Shown here: positions 30,001-38,351 of the stretch, in pieces
How positions within the stretch are numbered: the first letter of the stretch is position 1
How the letters are laid out: every line of letters begins with the position of its first letter
Source: an uncultured Gammaproteobacteria bacterium
GTDB lineage: Bacteria; Patescibacteriota; Microgenomatia; Curtissbacterales; GWA2-41-24
DNA length: 50,082 nt
Direction: 5' to 3'
Assembly (NCBI GenBank): GCA_964492425.1
Contig: CAZBKB010000007.1
Location: 1 to 50,082, forward strand
Notes under the pieces: model-generated
The model's database searches: none
Told to the model about the DNA's origin: nothing
The model's input: only the letters and a program-made list of their open reading frames with translations
Position numbers and translations under genes: made by a program

Positions 30001-30792
30001 GGCGAGCTCCTGGCCAGTTCACAACTATCAGTTCCCGGGCAACAGGTGCAAGCTCCGGTCCCTGAGTCAACTAATTCTGCTTCTATAAACAATGAACCAT
30101 CAACTACGAACCAGTCTCAGGCTTCCGGTTCAGCTTTATCCTCCATAGCTTCAGCGACGGAGGACGCAATTGCCGAGGGCCAGCAAATAATCGACCAGAC
30201 CCAGGCAACGCTGGATAAACTAACAGAGCTTTTGCACTCAACCGACTTATCACTTTCCACTTTGACTTTGACCGGCCAGGCCAATCTGGCCTCGACCCAA
30301 GTCGCTGGAACCTTCAGCCAGGACGGCACATTCATAATCGACTACGGCAAACAGCTAAACGTCCTCGGTTCAACACTCTATTTGCAAAACGACCCATTCG
30401 CGGGAGACGAAACCGCAATATTAGTTGATGTTGGAAATGGTAATTTCACTTTCGATAAACTTGGAAACCTGACCGTTCGCGGCCAGTTGCTGGCAGAGAG
30501 CATCCAGACAAAAGAGCTAACAATAGACTCCAGCAATCCAAACTACATGACAGTCGGCACAGGACAAATAGAAAATGGCAAAACCAGCGTAACTGTATTC
30601 ACGACAGCCATAAAGCCAAATGCGAAGATCCTGATAACACCGCAGGGACCGACAGGCGGCAAGAACCTATATGTTCAAAACAAAACAGGCTTCAAAGGTT
30701 TCACGGTTTCCCTAGACAGCCCAACCAGCGTAGGCACAATCAAGTTCGACTGGTTAATAATAAACACCAAGGAAATTAGCCAAGCTAACTAA
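24013..30792 (+). CDS. Giant (2259 aa) membrane-anchored fibre/adhesin-like protein: MerR-like HTH, TM, S/T/G-rich and YG-repeat beta-helix, DUF4082-like domain, two peptidase-G2/intramolecular-chaperone-like domains, C-terminal beta domain
   Basis: ERIRYFIKLGLLP...RLIEIGQLNAKGLTFPQI (MerR-like); TM near aa 220-240; TLGLRF...GRIT...TVRLW...PIDVQAG.Y (DUF4082-like); DYAEFF...GRVPVKV...GDLLTTS and DLAENF...GRVPVKV...GDPITSS. Confidence 0.85.
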   Translation: MPFFKKSRLNKSSTNALSTSISFTPQNFDKVDPDTLLSTSEIISRAQKGGADFGPGNPLERIRYFIKLGLLPYATRKLPNYPTPQLPNHPVGHLPAWTVARLIEIGQLNAKGLTFPQIAEKFKTGPPPNQSPLLSNNTPANPITTTSPQAASPHIAETSHVVVQIASQQTEKQLDKKLVRHEESLKKFIESKFKEQAQVTAQITGQKVGITQNKTLAIPTSAVIVVLTFSLLTGSVFIASQKLGSPFLSQDQKKRDETKTGIEKSALVLAATSDRHQLYVDANMEVAGTSLFEENITAPNVVYTVSAGTGIAVTGDQNPVVSLDSTAVITSVNDLTGAVTLKASGSASIAQSGSTITISSSSASEADTLSSVTGRGASTSTALTLNGTVTFGANATVGSATATTASGTGDLFVSDDLEFDGRLIAGTSAGTSGDCLVSAGASTAPAWGTCSGSFSFTLTGSDSGTNQTISNGDTLTIAAGTGIDTTPSAGDILTVTFNSTEIAATTWGSGSSFAWTFNSGTTDPVLTFGDNTLTIGSAATVTATDITAFNCTDCLDFDDIADSPTLDATTDINLSTLDLYVDLTSSGVFSIRDVSTAFWTFDDDSTVDIVFPAAGTIGIDASTTANTITSAGVLDLNVTSATSDNRGIDLAYTANQTSGTGYGIYGALTHSNASGTSTAYGQYLTITDATALANTNFGVASNITLTGNAAKTGYTFYGNISSSSTTADSLYGGYFTTSATGNAARTTNYGSISYGTTSSTTGDTVYGAYNATVSTGAINGTTRTLVGTYGISTATGATNNTSTISNVYGAIFSAVGENAGASMTGNTYGLFVNASTGDNVYGLYFGSTNVTTDIVLQNGETIDNDSNDTVNIGTTTLLLTGGTTLRSSQTSVDLFNTTTTTLNIAGAATTVNLGNGSSAATIGIGTGNGGNTLNIATGTGQDTINIGTGATNADVINIGTGSISQTTNPIQSVNPTLVEAAGSQTLGLRFKPKVNGRITQLGMKCDQTSTYTVRLWRASDQTSLGSVSVTNDGTWKYTSLSTPIDVQAGVLYTVTSFNASSSCTENPFFPSTDPGSAGNIIFDAWLQSNLGLPETYPTIAGVSFDGGVDITFVATSSQTNLASTTWTLSAEGNLRIDATTAANTTTDGVIDIDNTTSTTQNTSLKVDTTITSSTGHTNYGIYANTYSSTAVTTSGQTIIEYGAYINSSRVAADTQSTVTFGRVYGVYSLASYTTATTGRRLAFGGVFSATSDTLATLNETYGIFINASQGDNNYGLYIAATSSNASADNLYGAYSATSATGNAAHTGNYGSVSYGSTTSTTADNVYAIYAATSSSGAVTTGTKQNYGIYSISTSTNTNGGSSNIYGGIFNAVGENAGSGTGTAYGIYVTASGGDTTNYALYVTGTNSDTAYFNGVDTWVNMNGTNTTNVLCASTDYDSGTDAEVQIVPCTTDAVDYAEFFPTASDVDYGHVVVVGTKVVNPVPGANRPLPDTELVKSTAPYQNNVIGVASNNYSELNTTGEHRFADENHPLPIALSGRVPVKVIDEGGPIAPGDLLTTSSTPGYAMRADPKKGTTFAKAIASFDGPGTGEILAFIQLDNRPDIRTQYADLNLNAQSFSTTSGATQIDALGNIATAGNIISQGTLEAAGGLFTVDTLGNITAQSLTIDGNASISGTLSANSVIAGNISAPPGSDLNISLGDNIGSNSLKILDVIGNVLVKIDSQGNVNLNGDGVALSLSKGYICVNDSGTCNIQNPQNGTIYADAFVTNSTADLAENFATTDNTIEAGDLVSVDSVNAENVIKSKTAYDSTLLGVISTAPGISLNTSVVAGKPLALAGRVPVKVNSENGPIKAGDPITSSSTPGIGMRATQAGRVIGIALESAGFEKSEALNSNSETNSDVQNSQCNNVAISQCNNVTTIIVFVNPSWYYGDENALAAANESLTGNTNSTDLPTYRLTDSTKSDGTLASSSQSTVDSRQLSEDEIRSLVADEVSRQVGELLASSQLSVPGQQVQAPVPESTNSASINNEPSTTNQSQASGSALSSIASATEDAIAEGQQIIDQTQATLDKLTELLHSTDLSLSTLTLTGQANLASTQVAGTFSQDGTFIIDYGKQLNVLGSTLYLQNDPFAGDETAILVDVGNGNFTFDKLGNLTVRGQLLAESIQTKELTIDSSNPNYMTVGTGQIENGKTSVTVFTTAIKPNAKILITPQGPTGGKNLYVQNKTGFKGFTVSLDSPTSVGTIKFDWLIINTKEISQAN

Positions 30793-30843
30793 ATTTTCAT
30801 TCCTCCGCACCCCAAAGGCCCCAGCCTCCAAAGCCCCAGCCTC

Positions 30844-30865
30844 CAAAGCCAGGCTTTGAAAGCTA
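30844..30865. repeat. REP-like palindrome left of the RAYT gene
   Basis: caaagcc-a-ggctttg-aaagcta, preceded by tandem gccccagcctccaaa units; near-identical copy at 31531-31552. Confidence 0.7.
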
Positions 30866-30881
30866 AAAGTGGTATGTTAGA

Positions 30882-31493
30882 ATGAATTTTAGGCAAAATA
30901 TGACACGATTACCACAATCACACTTTATTCAAGGAGGCTTTTACCATGTTTTTAATCGCGGCAACCGCAAACAGAATATTTTTCTAAATGCAAAAGATTA
31001 TAAGCGTTATCTTGACAAGCTTAAGGATTATAAAAAGGAACACGACGTTTCAGTTATTGCCTATTGCTTAATGCCCAACCATATTCACTTCCTGCTTCGC
31101 CAGAACGGTCCAAAACCGCTGAGTTTCTTTATCCAGAGGCTTCATACAGCTTACTCAAAATATTTCAATATAAAGTACAACCAGGTCGGACACGTGTTTC
31201 AGGATAGGTTTAAAGCAAAAATCGTAGACCGTGACGAGTACTTAATGCACCTGTCAAGGTATATTCATCTAAATCCTTCAAAGCTCACAAAAAAACTTCC
31301 GGTATACAAATGGAGTAGTTATCCTGCCTATATTAGTGATATAGATGACGAATTAACGGAAACAAAATTGATACTCTCACTTTTTAAACGCAAAAATCAA
31401 ACAATAGACGACGCCAAAAGAGAGTATAAATTATTTGTTCGATCACAAGAAGATTACTACTATAAGATCAAGGATTACACCTTCAACCACTAA
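30882..31493 (+). CDS. REP-associated tyrosine transposase (RAYT; Y1 HUH, IS200/IS605-related)
   Basis: YHVFNRGN, AYCLMPNHIH (HUH), GHVFQDRF, RYIHLNP, YKWSSY. Alternative start at 30900. Confidence 0.9.
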   Translation: MNFRQNMTRLPQSHFIQGGFYHVFNRGNRKQNIFLNAKDYKRYLDKLKDYKKEHDVSVIAYCLMPNHIHFLLRQNGPKPLSFFIQRLHTAYSKYFNIKYNQVGHVFQDRFKAKIVDRDEYLMHLSRYIHLNPSKLTKKLPVYKWSSYPAYISDIDDELTETKLILSLFKRKNQTIDDAKREYKLFVRSQEDYYYKIKDYTFNH

Positions 31494-31530
31494 ATTCTTC
31501 AATACCTCATAATTATTACTATTAACTATT

Positions 31531-31552
31531 CAAAGCCAGGCTTAGAAAGCTA
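31531..31552. repeat. REP-like palindrome right of the RAYT gene
   Basis: caaagccaggcttagaaagcta, 21/22 identical to 30844-30865, in direct orientation. Confidence 0.7.
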
Positions 31553-31611
31553 TAACATGCGATTTAGAATTTACCAGGTTGACATAGAAATGTCTTTGTC
31601 CTTATATAAAA

Positions 31612-33957
31612 ATGTATGCAAAAATGAAGGAAAGCCTCGTCAAGTTTACTCAAAACATAATACTCGGTCTAACAGTAATTTCTGCCACGTCAGCTCCCCT
31701 CTTCTTTCTACCAATCACCACAGAATTTTTTGACTACAACAAATATGCACTTCAACTCGTAATTACCATTGTCGGGCTTCTTGTCTGGTCAGCAAAAATG
31801 ATTATAGAAAAAAGGACAGTCTTCACTAGGTCTCCACTTGATATTCCGTTTATCCTGATGGGAGCTGTCCTATTAATATCCGCTTTCACTTCTATTGATC
31901 AGCATATCTCACTTTTTGGTACAGAAGGCAGTATCTGGCCGTCATTCATCCCCTATGCAACTTTAGTTGCCTTCTACTTTGTAATGGTTTCCAACCTTAA
32001 GACCAGAAAACATGTAAATATAATTATCTCTTTTCTAATCGGTTCAACGTCAATCGCTTCCCTTGTCGCAATAACAAGCTATTTCGGCTTCTATCTACCT
32101 CTCGATTTTGCCCAAATCCGTTCGTTTAGTACTGTAGGTATCATCAACAGCCTTAGCCTGATGCAGGCGGTAGTCATACCAATAGCAGTTGCTTATGCTC
32201 TTTTCGATAAAGACAAGACAACAAGATCGGCAGCAACTGCAACAAGCCTTGTTATGGCTTTCTCTCTAATTCTCATCAATAACCTGCCTGCATACATTGG
32301 TCTCGTAGCAGCTCTTGCCATACTCACAATAGGCACAGTTAAAGTTAAACTAACCAAGGCTCAACAAGGGCATACAGCAATCCTGGGTGTAGTAATAATG
32401 CTTTTTTTGGTAATCCGATTTGTCCCCCAGGTCGCCAAAGGAACACTCTATGCTTGGATCATCAATAAAGAACCAGCCTTGACCGAAACCCAACAAATCG
32501 ATACTCCTAAAGAAAATACTCTAAAAATAAGGCCTGCCTGGGATATTGCCGCCCAAGCCATCGGCAAAAGGCCGTTTTTTGGTACGGGTGTTGGTACATA
32601 CCAATTCGTTTACACTCAGCTTAAACCCAGATACCTAAATGGCACAGACAATTGGTCAATAAGGTATAGCAATGCTTCTTCCGATTTTACCGAAACCATT
32701 GCGACAACTGGTATTCTCGGGACTCTTGCATTTTTAGTTCTCTTGATTGCCATCATTCGCCTAGTATGGTCGCTTCTGATAAAAAGCCAAAACACTATCG
32801 TTTACCTGCCTCTTGCGTCTGCAAGTATAGGATACGTGGTTCTTCTCTTCTTTATGTCTTCATCATTTGCAACATTTACCGTATTTTTTCTCCTGATTGG
32901 CAGCATGATTACCCTTGCAAAAGCTTACAATGAAGAACACATATTCGATGTTACAATCGAGATCGCAGCCCTTAAAAACCGTCTTTCATGGCTGCAGTTT
33001 GGCACGCCAGGCACAGAACCTCTTCTTAAAACTGAAGCAACCGCCAAAGGTACGAAATCACAGCTTCTTCCAATAATCTTGGCAACGATATTTTTAATCC
33101 TTTCGATTTTAATACTAAACTATCAAATCAAAGCTTACAGGGCAGAATACTTCTTTAGGCAATCGTTTCTCGCCGCACGCTCAAACGACGGGAACCGTGT
33201 AGTAGCTTTCCAGCAAAAGGCAATTCAAATAAATTCGGCCATAGACACATACCACAGGTCACTTTCACAAACCACTTTAAACGCAGCGATAAACCTGGCA
33301 CAGCAGCCCAACTTAACAAACGACCAAAAACAGCTTTTAGGCCAGCTCGCCCAAGTTGCAATTGACCAGGGCAAAGCAGCCTCGGGTTACCAAATCCTTC
33401 CTCTGAGATTGCCTGGAATTTCTGCCGCCAATGTTGCTAACTGGGAAACGCTTTCTAGCGCATACCAAGCACTCATCGGTTCTGTCCAGGGCGCAGACGT
33501 CCATGCCACAAACACCCTCTCACAAGCAGTTGCGCTGGACCCCCAAAATCCGATCCTTCATACAAGGCTTGGTTCACTTTACCAAGGACTCGGCAACCTT
33601 GACTTGGCACAGCGAAAATTTGAAGACGCTATAATCGTAAAAGGCGATTACGGTCCAGCCCATTATTCTCTCGCAAATGTTCTGATCGAAAGAAAAGGGG
33701 AAGTTGCAAGAATAGTCAACGAACTAACTTTTGCAAAAAGATTTCTTCCAAAAGAAGATCCGGCAATCGATGATCTGAACAATAAGCTTGATGAATACAA
33801 CAAGAAGTTCGCAGAACTTCAAAAACAGCAAGCAGAACAGGTTGCTGGTGCAACAACCGAAACTGATGCATCTCCCTCACCTAACGCTTCTCCTACTCCC
33901 AGCCCATCTCCATCTCCGTCAAACTCACCATCCCCATCACCATCTCCGAGTCTCTAA
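31612..33957 (+). CDS. O-antigen ligase/oligosaccharyltransferase-like polytopic membrane protein with TPR repeats and an (SP)n tail
   Basis: About 12 TM helices; W...RPFFGTGVGTY...TTGILG (Wzy_C-like); ALDPQNP TPR; SPSPSP C-terminus. Start may be 31624. Confidence 0.8.
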   Translation: MYAKMKESLVKFTQNIILGLTVISATSAPLFFLPITTEFFDYNKYALQLVITIVGLLVWSAKMIIEKRTVFTRSPLDIPFILMGAVLLISAFTSIDQHISLFGTEGSIWPSFIPYATLVAFYFVMVSNLKTRKHVNIIISFLIGSTSIASLVAITSYFGFYLPLDFAQIRSFSTVGIINSLSLMQAVVIPIAVAYALFDKDKTTRSAATATSLVMAFSLILINNLPAYIGLVAALAILTIGTVKVKLTKAQQGHTAILGVVIMLFLVIRFVPQVAKGTLYAWIINKEPALTETQQIDTPKENTLKIRPAWDIAAQAIGKRPFFGTGVGTYQFVYTQLKPRYLNGTDNWSIRYSNASSDFTETIATTGILGTLAFLVLLIAIIRLVWSLLIKSQNTIVYLPLASASIGYVVLLFFMSSSFATFTVFFLLIGSMITLAKAYNEEHIFDVTIEIAALKNRLSWLQFGTPGTEPLLKTEATAKGTKSQLLPIILATIFLILSILILNYQIKAYRAEYFFRQSFLAARSNDGNRVVAFQQKAIQINSAIDTYHRSLSQTTLNAAINLAQQPNLTNDQKQLLGQLAQVAIDQGKAASGYQILPLRLPGISAANVANWETLSSAYQALIGSVQGADVHATNTLSQAVALDPQNPILHTRLGSLYQGLGNLDLAQRKFEDAIIVKGDYGPAHYSLANVLIERKGEVARIVNELTFAKRFLPKEDPAIDDLNNKLDEYNKKFAELQKQQAEQVAGATTETDASPSPNASPTPSPSPSPSNSPSPSPSPSL

Positions 33958-34982
33958 AAAAGCCGTTTGATAATCTCACCAACCAAAAGCTTAAAACCAG
34001 TTTTATCTAGCGCACAAACTGCAAAAACCCTCCTTCGTCTCCTTTTAAATAAATCTATTTTTTCCCTCAACAAATCTTGGTCTATCAAATCTATTTTATT
34101 AAGAACTATTATCTCCTTTTTCTTGGCAAGATCCTTCGAATACGCCTTAATTTCCGCCCTTATTACAAGATAATCCCTAATTATATCCTCACTCGCCACA
34201 TCGACAACGTGAACAAGAATCTTCGTTCGCTCAATATGCCTCAAAAACAAATCCCCAAGCCCTCTTCCACTACTTGCGCCTTCGATTAGCCCCGGGATAT
34301 CCGCAATAACAACTCGTTTATCGTTAATCGTGAATCGTTCATCAAGTTTTTTCTCATTTTGCAATGAACCATGAACCATGAGCCATGAGCCATGAAGAAT
34401 CCCCAAATTCGGCTCCAAAGTTGTGAAAGGATATGGGGCAATTTTAGGTGTAGCCGAAGTAAGCTTCGAAATTATTGTCGATTTACCCGCATTCGGAAGA
34501 CCAACAAGGCCAACATCCGCAATAAGCTTCAACTGAAGTTCAAGCTCTACCTCTTCACCATTCTCTCCCTTTTCCCCCTTAAGGGGCCTTCTTCCCAACT
34601 CGTCCCGCAAATGTCTATTTCCTCTCCCGCCCTCTCCACCACGTGCTACCAGTATTCGATCATTAGGCTTCAAGATATCAAATAGCTGGCCCCTTATCTT
34701 AACCTGCGTACCAACTGGAACCTTAATATCCAAAACAGATCCTTCGGCCCCTGTGCGTTTCTTAGATAAACCATCCCGGCCATTTTCAGCCTTGTATTCT
34801 TTAACGAACCTAAACGGCTCAAGTGTGTTCAAGTCAACCGAAGCGATAATATAAACATTACCGCCGCGGCCACCATCTCCCCCGTCTGCTTTTCCACGCC
34901 TCTTACCCTTTATATGCTCAAAAGAGCCGGCGCCGTTACCGCCGCTACCAGCCTTAACAACTATTCGTGCGAAATCAATCAT
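33954..34982 (-). CDS. obgE: GTPase ObgE/CgtA
   Basis: Gly-rich Obg fold; GLPNAGKS, YPFTT, DIPG, NKID; heptamer-repeat insertion HGSWLMVHGS...FTINDKR. Confidence 0.97.
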   Translation of the reverse strand: MIDFARIVVKAGSGGNGAGSFEHIKGKRRGKADGGDGGRGGNVYIIASVDLNTLEPFRFVKEYKAENGRDGLSKKRTGAEGSVLDIKVPVGTQVKIRGQLFDILKPNDRILVARGGEGGRGNRHLRDELGRRPLKGEKGENGEEVELELQLKLIADVGLVGLPNAGKSTIISKLTSATPKIAPYPFTTLEPNLGILHGSWLMVHGSLQNEKKLDERFTINDKRVVIADIPGLIEGASSGRGLGDLFLRHIERTKILVHVVDVASEDIIRDYLVIRAEIKAYSKDLAKKKEIIVLNKIDLIDQDLLREKIDLFKRRRRRVFAVCALDKTGFKLLVGEIIKRLF

Positions 34983-35001
34983 TTCATCCTCCAGTTACTA
35001 G

Positions 35002-37119
35002 TTATTTACTATCAAGCGCCTTCAACCCTTGCTTTGCCAAATCCAAATTAGGATTAATCTCCAGCGCCTTCAAATAATTCTCCCTCGCCTCGCCCGCTCT
35101 TCCCAGGTTAGCCAGGCTGGACGCCAAATTATTGAAAACCTCAGCATCCAACCCACCAAATTCCAAAATTTCCCCATAAACCCGGACACTATCTTCATAA
35201 TCCGTAAGAGTAAAAAGATTGCGCCCCAAATCCTTTAAGGCAGCTATATCTTTCGACCTTGCCAGCTCCTCACGCCGACCCCAAAGATCACGGGTTGCCG
35301 CAACCAGTTCGATTTCGCGCCTGACCGAATCAGCCTTGTCGTTTATCGCCAAGCTCATATTGAAAAATTCCAGAGCCTCGTCAAATTGTCCTTGAGCAGC
35401 AAGTTCCACTCCAATACTATTATAAGAAATCGCATAAGTCACAGACTGCTGACCCTGCTGCCTCAGAAAAAAATCGCTCTTTTTAAAATCTTTGTTCAAA
35501 AGTTTCCCGTATCTTCCTTTCTCCGCCAAGTAATCAACCTTTGAGCCAAGCTCAGCATCCACCTTCCACCACAATCCGTAAGGAACAATATAAGGTTTGA
35601 GATACGAAAAGAAAGTCTCCTCAAACACACCCTGCAGGATAAACATCTCTCGATTCATGTTTTTGGCAATCGTCTCCAGAACATATTGCTCAGCCCTCCC
35701 CAACCTTTTATCCTTCGAAACTTTTTGCACAAATCGACTGTCCACCTGCCGCGAAAACACTTCCGGATGGTAATACTGGCTGTCCAGATTCTTATCGTTG
35801 GGAACGTAAATCAAGGTAATGTCACGAAATTTGCCATTCACCTTTTGTTCATACAATGCTCCGAAATAAGCGACATGATCGACAGTCACAACTAGTGCGC
35901 CGGAAGGAAGCTGCTCCATCGCATCCAAAACAAAATTCTCGGAAAAACGATTCTTTGAAAAATCCAGAGTTCTAAAATTAGAAATAAAATAGATAAAAAT
36001 CAAAAACGAAAGTAAAACCGTCGCAAACATTTTTTCCCCTGCAAAAAGCTTCTCGGAAATAAAATTGATCCCTATCGCCCCCAAAAGAACCACAATCACA
36101 AACGAAGAAAGATAAAATTTATTAAGCTGAAAAGGATTGTCCTCCCCTCCCGGATCAATCGTCGAAAGCAGGAAAAGCTGCACAAACACCAGAATCAAAA
36201 ACGAAAGTAAAAGAAAAACAAATCGCCTGTCTCGAAATTTTCCGGCAAAAAAACTAGCCAAGGCAAAAAGCGGCAGCGCCACCCCCAAATCAAAAAACAA
36301 ATTTCGAAAATAATAAGCAAAATGCGAAAAAAGCTTAACAGGTGAAAAGACCAAAACCGGATTGGCAATCAGAAATATCGACCCGAATTCCTTTCTCCTC
36401 ACATAATCTATAAAACCGCCAATCCCTTTAGCATGCCCCCAGTTAATCTCCGGACTCTGCTGCATTCGAAAAAACATCACGGCTTGCGGAAAAAAACCAA
36501 GGCCAAATACAATCACCATCGGCAAAATTCTCCTCAGACTGTAAAACCCACTCCCTCTCTCGGTCTCTCTGTCTTTATACCCTTCTGCCTCTTTTAAAAA
36601 ATACCAAACGAAAAGTGGAAAAAGAGCACCCGTAATATAAAAATGAGAAGCCGAAAGCCCCAACACAAACAAAGAAAGGAGCTGCCTCTTTGAAAAAGCC
36701 AACAAAAAAGCAAGAGCAATTAAAAAAGTCCCAAAGGAAAATACATCCGCAGAAAGCGAAAATTCCCAAAAAATTCCAGAAACTGCCAGAAAAAGTGTCG
36801 AAAGAAACGCCACTTTCCTGTCAACTTTAAGCACCAAAGCCGCAAGATAGGAAACTAAAATAGTGGCCGCCCCAAAAATCGCCGAAAAAAGATTGGCCCG
36901 CCAAATAACCGAGCCAAACGGCAAAACCGAAAGGAATATTTTACCCAACAAAACATATAGAGGAAACCCCGGCGGATGGCAAATTCCCCAATAGTGCATA
37001 CACATTGTAAATTCCGCACTATCAATTGGAATATAAGTCGGTGCCAGAGAACGAATATAAAGTCCTAAAGGCAAAACAAATACTAAAATTGCGAGAACAA
37101 AGTCAACCTTTCGCATCAA
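35002..37119 (-). CDS. DUF2723/TMEM260-like membrane glycosyltransferase with C-terminal TPRs
   Basis: DSAEF...GICHPPGFPLY motif; INWG; many TM helices; TPRs. Confidence 0.85.
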   Translation of the reverse strand: MMRKVDFVLAILVFVLPLGLYIRSLAPTYIPIDSAEFTMCMHYWGICHPPGFPLYVLLGKIFLSVLPFGSVIWRANLFSAIFGAATILVSYLAALVLKVDRKVAFLSTLFLAVSGIFWEFSLSADVFSFGTFLIALAFLLAFSKRQLLSLFVLGLSASHFYITGALFPLFVWYFLKEAEGYKDRETERGSGFYSLRRILPMVIVFGLGFFPQAVMFFRMQQSPEINWGHAKGIGGFIDYVRRKEFGSIFLIANPVLVFSPVKLFSHFAYYFRNLFFDLGVALPLFALASFFAGKFRDRRFVFLLLSFLILVFVQLFLLSTIDPGGEDNPFQLNKFYLSSFVIVVLLGAIGINFISEKLFAGEKMFATVLLSFLIFIYFISNFRTLDFSKNRFSENFVLDAMEQLPSGALVVTVDHVAYFGALYEQKVNGKFRDITLIYVPNDKNLDSQYYHPEVFSRQVDSRFVQKVSKDKRLGRAEQYVLETIAKNMNREMFILQGVFEETFFSYLKPYIVPYGLWWKVDAELGSKVDYLAEKGRYGKLLNKDFKKSDFFLRQQGQQSVTYAISYNSIGVELAAQGQFDEALEFFNMSLAINDKADSVRREIELVAATRDLWGRREELARSKDIAALKDLGRNLFTLTDYEDSVRVYGEILEFGGLDAEVFNNLASSLANLGRAGEARENYLKALEINPNLDLAKQGLKALDSK

Positions 37120-37171
37120 AAAAAGTATATCGGGGATGAACTCGGTATACTAGATATCGAATTAACTATAG

Positions 37172-38287
37172 CTACTTCCCGAGTATTCCTAAAGGATTCA
37201 AAGTAGACCCGTTCTTCCTAATTTCAATATGCAAATGCACGCCTGTTGATCTACCGGTTGAACCCATCATCCCCAAAACTTCACCCTTTGCAATTCTTTG
37301 TCCGAGAGAGACATAAACCGTACTCAAATGAGCATATAAAGTTGTATAACCATTTCCATGATCTATAATCACTCTATTCCCATAACCGAAATTATCAGAC
37401 CAACCTGCAACCACAACAGTCCCGGAGTCAGCAGCTCTAATTGGCCCTCCCGATAAATTAGATATATCAAGAGCCGGATGATACCACGAATAATATTGGG
37501 ATATTTGCCCGACAGCTGGCCAGCCAAAAAGTGAGCTTCCAAGATCCGCAATACCAAACTTCTCCTGACCTTTTGCAAGATATTGCGTGAGGGCCGGTTT
37601 TGCCTTTTGAGGAGGTACACCATCCGGGACTATTACAATGTCTCCGGTTGAAAGTGCAAAATCATCACCTACGTTATTGAATGGGAAATCGAGAATCGCC
37701 TGGGCATTTGCCCTGTATGTCTTTGCAACCGAATATACCGTGTCGCCTTGTTTTATTTTATGAGCCACACCCGAAACCGGCAATATCCGCAAAATATCCC
37801 CAGGTTTAATTTTGCTTGTCTCCGTAAGGTTATTCTCCCAAAGTATAGTTTCCTCGGAAACTGCATATTCCTGAGCCACGGAGGAAACCGTATCACCTTC
37901 ATTAACCTTATAATCTATCACCTTGTCCCGGGGCTTATCAGAAATAAGCGTAACCGGCGTTATATCAGCCTCAACAAAGGTAATTTCACTGCCTTCTGCT
38001 GTTGGCGCCGCCTCCAGCGGGTTAGCTGCCACTCCCGGGTAAGAACCCGAAACAACACTTGTTGATGACAAAACCCCGCCACCAACAAAAACTGCCACAG
38101 CCAGACTGATTACAGATGCATGAACAAACATCGCGGTGTTGGCACCACGCCTAACCATTAAAATATCAACAACGATGTTCTTGAACTTTTCGAAATTTAA
38201 CCCTGTTTTTTTCAATCTGTGAGTTAAATAAAAGAAAAGAACACGTATAAATTCTACGAGTTCTTTATGTATTGGATCCCAATCCAT
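37172..38287 (-). CDS. LysM-containing M23 family peptidoglycan endopeptidase
   Basis: Two LysM repeats; HPALD, YAHL, GSTGRSTGVHLH. Confidence 0.93.
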   Translation of the reverse strand: MDWDPIHKELVEFIRVLFFYLTHRLKKTGLNFEKFKNIVVDILMVRRGANTAMFVHASVISLAVAVFVGGGVLSSTSVVSGSYPGVAANPLEAAPTAEGSEITFVEADITPVTLISDKPRDKVIDYKVNEGDTVSSVAQEYAVSEETILWENNLTETSKIKPGDILRILPVSGVAHKIKQGDTVYSVAKTYRANAQAILDFPFNNVGDDFALSTGDIVIVPDGVPPQKAKPALTQYLAKGQEKFGIADLGSSLFGWPAVGQISQYYSWYHPALDISNLSGGPIRAADSGTVVVAGWSDNFGYGNRVIIDHGNGYTTLYAHLSTVYVSLGQRIAKGEVLGMMGSTGRSTGVHLHIEIRKNGSTLNPLGILGK

Positions 38288-38351
38288 TCAGATTATTTTA
38301 AAATTTAAAAGTCAAAATTCAAAATCATTGATGCGCAGCGCTCACAAAGAA

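Noticed and set aside
23362-33957. Prophage or genomic island integrated at tRNA-Ala
   Set aside because: No integrase, capsid or terminase genes and no duplicated tRNA 3' end seen; the fibre-like gene has a TM anchor and looks cellular.
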